This document shows positions 59,812 to 64,000 of a stretch of DNA of 64,000 nucleotides, piece after piece (the stretch's first letter is position 1; each line of letters opens with the position of its first letter). Source of the DNA: Alphaproteobacteria bacterium. GTDB lineage: Bacteria > Pseudomonadota > Alphaproteobacteria > Rs-D84. The notes below the pieces were generated by a model, which had not been told where the DNA came from, searched no databases, and saw only the letters and a list, made by a program, of their open reading frames with translations. Position numbers and translations under genes: made by a program. The stretch covers positions 24,547 through 88,546 of the forward strand of contig SUUM01000004.1 of the NCBI GenBank assembly GCA_015062525.1. The letters run 5' to 3'.

Positions 59812-60582
59812 TTACAGATTTAATAAAACATCCTTTATTCGTGAACGAACTGCATGGTATTTTGCACGCAAGTCTGCGCCTTGGCCGACCAGATGTTGGC
59901 CAACGGCTGAATTATCAGACACAACCAACAGTGCCGATGCGGGTTTGCCTATAATCTGCATGGCCTTGAAAAAGGTTGCCGTTTCCATTTCTATCAGGGT
60001 TGCGCCCATTTGTCGAAACTCGTCCAAGTGTGCATATTCGCAAGCGATACTGTCGATTGATATTGGTGTCGCATCTTTGGTAGACATACCAACACTTGTG
60101 CAAACTCTCGACAATTCTGCATTTAATTCTGGTGATGAATATGTGCGTTCAAACATCTTTTCTGGACTTAATTTATCATCCAGGTACAATGTTGCGCCAT
60201 TGCCAGATATAGAACATGTTGGAACAATAACATCCCCGATTTCTAGTTCCGGAACCAATGAACCCACCGAGCCAACAAATACAAATTTTGCACAGTTGGC
60301 CGAATGACAGGACAAACAAAAGTCAACTATATTTGGCGCACCAACCTGTAATTGAATATATAAGTATGATTTGCCGTTATGTTTTATACGATGTGATTTT
60401 GAGAATCTGTCTGAATATATTTCAGCAATATCTGTTGTGGCACTATCAAAGACTTTATCAATTGGCCAAGATGGTGCAATAAATACGCAATCAAAATGTT
60501 CGGCAGACGATATTCCATACAGCTGTTGTAACATATCCGAACAAGATATGTTATCCTGACATGATTTGACTATTTTATTCAT
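59812..60582 (-). CDS. PNP/UDP-phosphorylase superfamily nucleosidase/phosphorylase (MTAN-like)
   Basis: FVGSVGSL and IEMETA motifs of the PNP_UDP_1 fold. Confidence 0.6.
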   Translation of the reverse strand: MNKIVKSCQDNISCSDMLQQLYGISSAEHFDCVFIAPSWPIDKVFDSATTDIAEIYSDRFSKSHRIKHNGKSYLYIQLQVGAPNIVDFCLSCHSANCAKFVFVGSVGSLVPELEIGDVIVPTCSISGNGATLYLDDKLSPEKMFERTYSSPELNAELSRVCTSVGMSTKDATPISIDSIACEYAHLDEFRQMGATLIEMETATFFKAMQIIGKPASALLVVSDNSAVGQHLVGQGADLRAKYHAVRSRIKDVLLNL

Positions 60583-61052
60583 TTTGTATCCTTTGATGCA
60601 CTGCGATATGATTTACATTCGGAATATATTTCGCCACGCGCCAATCCCGCCAATGATATACGGGTTGTTGAAACAACGTTCTTCAATTTGGCGACTTCGT
60701 CCAATGTGAAATATTGCATATCGGCACACTTGTCCCCCTCGCAATTACGAATTGTGCCGGTGTATTTTGACACCTCGAAAAAGAAATCAAAAGATTCTGT
60801 GCGACTGGCCAGATTGCTGGTAACGTGTACGCATTTGATGTCGTCGGGCGCAATGTCGATATCCAGTTCTTCTTTGGCCTCACGTATGGCGGCGGCACGT
60901 GCGGTTTCACCTTGTTCAATGTGCCCCGCCGGCAGAACCCACCAACCACCATCATAATTAAAAAAGCCATCATTGCGGAAGAATAATAACACTTTGTCGT
61001 CTTTTTTTATAATCAGGTTTATTACACCCTTGAACATTGCGCGTTCTGCCAT
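60579..61052 (-). CDS. NUDIX hydrolase
   Basis: Nudix box GHIEQGETARAAAIREAKEELDI; 4-bp overlap with the upstream gene. Confidence 0.8.
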   Translation of the reverse strand: MAERAMFKGVINLIIKKDDKVLLFFRNDGFFNYDGGWWVLPAGHIEQGETARAAAIREAKEELDIDIAPDDIKCVHVTSNLASRTESFDFFFEVSKYTGTIRNCEGDKCADMQYFTLDEVAKLKNVVSTTRISLAGLARGEIYSECKSYRSASKDTK

Positions 61053-61317
61053 TTCTTATCCTTTTTCTTATCTTAAACTGCTTTTTACGAAAATTCAATT
61101 ATTTCATATGGCCATTTTTATAATCGATATTTCTAATTCTTCTGGTGTTATACCTGCGTGGTGACTTTTAAGCACAAATGTGTCTGGCCGCTGTTTCAAG
61201 TCATATTTATCAGTTGCCAGCGCAACAAAATCATCAAAAACCGTGATATGATAAGATAAAAAACTTTTTTACACAAAACAGCCAATCGTAAAAAGAAAGC
61301 ACCATTTGGTGCTTTCT

Positions 61318-61832
61318 TTATTTTGTATTTGATTTCATTTTCATCGCTGATTTTACCAAAATATTATCTGGTTTGTTATTTTTTTGCAGGACTTCTGAAA
61401 TCAGATTTATCATAGGTTCACGATGACTGTTCACAAAACTCTTTATCTGATTTTGAATAATTTGCTGGACATCTTTCTCAGAATATTCTTTGAAAAATGC
61501 CGCCGTATTAGTCCAAATACCATATACATTGCCCAAATATAGATTATGCAGGGTTACAGGCTCGCCACGTTTGGCACGAACCCAACCATATTCATTACGC
61601 CCGGCATTAGTAATATGCAATCTCAAAGTCTCTGCTGACTTTACTGTTTTAGGAAACATATCAATATTCAAAGCAAAATTATCTTGAAACTTTACAATTA
61701 TGTTAAAAAATTTAACTGCATAATCATATATTTCTTTACCGTTTGGCGCAGGCCCCAATTTAGATAATTCCTTTTGCATCTGCTCTAGCTGATTCATCGT
61801 TTCAACTTTATTAATAGCTTTTTTAAACATCT
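61318..61832 (-). CDS. hypothetical protein (start at MFKKAINK; the ORF extends further upstream)
   Basis: GGAGA RBS before the internal ATG at 61832; no recognisable domain. Confidence 0.4.
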
Positions 61833-62028
61833 TATCTCCTTTTTTATTTACATTTATTATAACATAAATAAATAAAAAAAAAATAAAATAAAGCAGATAC
61901 AATAAAATCAACATCGGGATGCGAATCAGGACGCCAGATAAAAAAACCTGTACAAACTGAATAAGACTTGAAAACTGCTCTACAGGGCTAAGCGTTATAC
62001 AATTATGCTCAAACAACCGTTTTTTGTT

Positions 62029-62415
62029 TTATCTTGTTTTTTGGCATCTGTTATAGTGTCTGATATTACTAATTTTTTTATTCATTTCACACGCTTCGCT
62101 ATATGATTCCCGGTCGTATACAGGTATTAATACAATTGTTATATTTTGAACACTGTGGCCACAATCGGCTTTTAGCACACCCGATGTATTTTGAACAATT
62201 TTATTTGGTGTTATTTGTTTTGTGTTTATTTTTAGTTTTTTCAACAGTTTTATATTGGCATCAATTGCATTCTTTAAATCATATAAATAATCCTCTACTA
62301 TGGTCCCCCCCAGGGCCAGATTATCTTTTTCAGCTATAAAGAATGGTGGTGTGGTTGAAACAATAAAAATATTGTAATCATTATATATTTCGATTAAATG
62401 CTTCTGTTTTTGCAT
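62029..62415 (-). CDS. hypothetical protein (128 aa)
   Basis: ORF abutting the next gene's stop; no recognisable domain. Confidence 0.4.
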   Translation of the reverse strand: MQKQKHLIEIYNDYNIFIVSTTPPFFIAEKDNLALGGTIVEDYLYDLKNAIDANIKLLKKLKINTKQITPNKIVQNTSGVLKADCGHSVQNITIVLIPVYDRESYSEACEMNKKISNIRHYNRCQKTR

Positions 62416-63930
62416 TTATTTACCTTTTGTTGGTTGGGTGGTTGATGTTAAATCTGATGCACTCACTACTGTATACACGTCTGTTGCTAGACCACTTGCT
62501 TTCGTAGTTGCTTTTACGTCATTTGAAACCGTTTGCACTTGTTTTAGTGTATTTGTCGCTTTCATGCCTTTTATTGCTTTTATAGCATGACTACTGGGAC
62601 TCAGCGAAACCATACTTGCAGCAAAGGCCCCCGTGTCAATAGCATCTTTTATGACTTGATGAAAACTCATCCTATCTACAAGTGTGTTTAATTTGTTTGG
62701 CAGGTCTTTTTCATCTATACACGAGTCTTCAATAGATTTTAACGACTCGTCAAGAATTGCTTGCATATCCGGTGTTGAATTTACCATTGCATATGGAACA
62801 AGGTCATATATTTTATCAACATCGCAATTTTTGCTGTTACATGTGTTACATACATTGCATTTGTCACTGGTGCAAGCTGTTTTACATCCGCACTGATTTA
62901 TTAGATTAAGTATATCAAATCCGCTGGATGTGCCAACATTTTGCTGAATCTTATTCACTTCTGTTAACACTATGGATGTACTTGCTGCAACAATTGCTAA
63001 TGTTCCACCAGAGGCAACTGTGGCGGCAAAAAAACCCAGTGCCACCGCGCCTTCGATCAAAGCATCTACATTTTCTGATGTTTTCGCATCGGGCAAGTCA
63101 CAAATTTGCAGTTTTGGATTGAATCTGGTTTTTACCCCAAATTGGATCCCAAGGGCATTGCATTGTGCTTCACTTACCCCTGTACATCTGCCAGCAACAT
63201 ATTTCCCACCATCTACAAGGCATGCCATTTTTGATTTATCAGCTTGGCTGGTAATGCCACTGAATTCGCTTAGATCATCAAACACAAATTCTATGTTGTA
63301 TGAACCTTTTTCTTTGGTGGTGGTCAGAACACATTCTATTATATCGTCGGATGTACCCTTGACATTTTTACCATAATAAGCTTTTGTCATGGATGCACAC
63401 TCTAAAGATTTAAAATCACTTCCTAATTTAGATTCTACGTATTGACCTATCAGTACCTTGGTTGAATTATCAAATTTTGTTTGATAGCCTTGGAAAATAA
63501 ATGGATCTAGACCGGGATAGGTTTTCACGGACTCATCAGCGGTTTTTACCTTGAAATCAACGTAACAATAATAATTCCTAGTAGGTGTAACTGTACTTCT
63601 ATCTTGTTCATAAGTTGCACTAAAAGCAAATTTGTCAGAAACAACTTTTAGTTTATTACACAGTTCCCCTGTTTTTATTTTTTCACCACCCATACAAACC
63701 GTTTGCTTATTCGGTAAAATTCTGCCGCCGTAAAGTGTGCACAGCCCCTTGAGTGTCCCATATCGCATGTCATCGTCAACAGATTCAACCAGGTCATCAA
63801 ATTCAAATTCGAATACGTATTTGCCATCCGTAGAAGTGCAGGCTAAATAATCATTATTACCATCTTGTCTGTAACGCATCTGGCATTGAATGGTGTATGG
63901 GCCAATTTTTTCATAAACGTATTCTTGCAC
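62416..63930 (-). CDS. hypothetical Cys-rich protein (504 aa) with one predicted TM segment
   Basis: Cys cluster CGCKTACTSDKCNVCNTCNSKNC; hydrophobic stretch ALGFFAATVASGGTLAIVAAS. Confidence 0.45.
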   Translation of the reverse strand: MQEYVYEKIGPYTIQCQMRYRQDGNNDYLACTSTDGKYVFEFEFDDLVESVDDDMRYGTLKGLCTLYGGRILPNKQTVCMGGEKIKTGELCNKLKVVSDKFAFSATYEQDRSTVTPTRNYYCYVDFKVKTADESVKTYPGLDPFIFQGYQTKFDNSTKVLIGQYVESKLGSDFKSLECASMTKAYYGKNVKGTSDDIIECVLTTTKEKGSYNIEFVFDDLSEFSGITSQADKSKMACLVDGGKYVAGRCTGVSEAQCNALGIQFGVKTRFNPKLQICDLPDAKTSENVDALIEGAVALGFFAATVASGGTLAIVAASTSIVLTEVNKIQQNVGTSSGFDILNLINQCGCKTACTSDKCNVCNTCNSKNCDVDKIYDLVPYAMVNSTPDMQAILDESLKSIEDSCIDEKDLPNKLNTLVDRMSFHQVIKDAIDTGAFAASMVSLSPSSHAIKAIKGMKATNTLKQVQTVSNDVKATTKASGLATDVYTVVSASDLTSTTQPTKGK

Positions 63931-64000
63931 TAACTCAACAGCAGGTTGATATTGAGTATTAACTTCCCTGAATATTTTGACACATTCACCCTTCGCCCCA

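Overview
This is a bacterial chromosomal segment of moderate-to-low GC that mixes housekeeping genes with accessory islets. The housekeeping genes look alphaproteobacterial (S2-first rpsB-tsf pair, polA, eno, pgk, ackA, ssb, rnhB, pth, murJ, bamD, rlpA, tcdA, smpB, an alpha2-type glyQS), but the lineage call is only an inference. Five features stand out. (1) Nested palindromic repeat elements (ttagtggttagtg family) fill many intergenic gaps. (2) Two large paralogous secreted Cys-rich proteins each sit next to a tRNA-Leu gene; one also carries an upstream 52-bp x 6.7 hairpin tandem repeat and is followed by a third Cys-rich secreted protein. (3) An islet after a four-tRNA cluster holds two paralogous Gly-rich proteins, a Hin/Gin-type serine invertase and a protein with a phage tail-fibre-like motif. 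Upstream of the Gly-rich genes, two hix-like 28-bp palindromes in inverted orientation (AA core versus TT core) flank a 64-bp segment that carries an extended -10 promoter, so this may be a phase-variation switch. (4) Downstream of tRNA-Thr is an array of at least five copies of a ~300-bp modular repeat. Each copy contains a degenerate tRNA-Thr 3'-end-like stretch, a bidirectional terminator and either a TGnTATAAT promoter or a terminator exit, and the copies separate unrelated cargo cassettes. (5) The last cassette region is a dense nucleotide-hydrolase island: four NUDIX proteins (two of them NUDIX-pyrophosphatase and NUDIX-ASCH fusions), a CYTH domain, a PNP/MTAN-type nucleosidase, an ASCH protein, an S51 peptidase and a GreA/Rnk-like protein. 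There is no CRISPR array and no rRNA.
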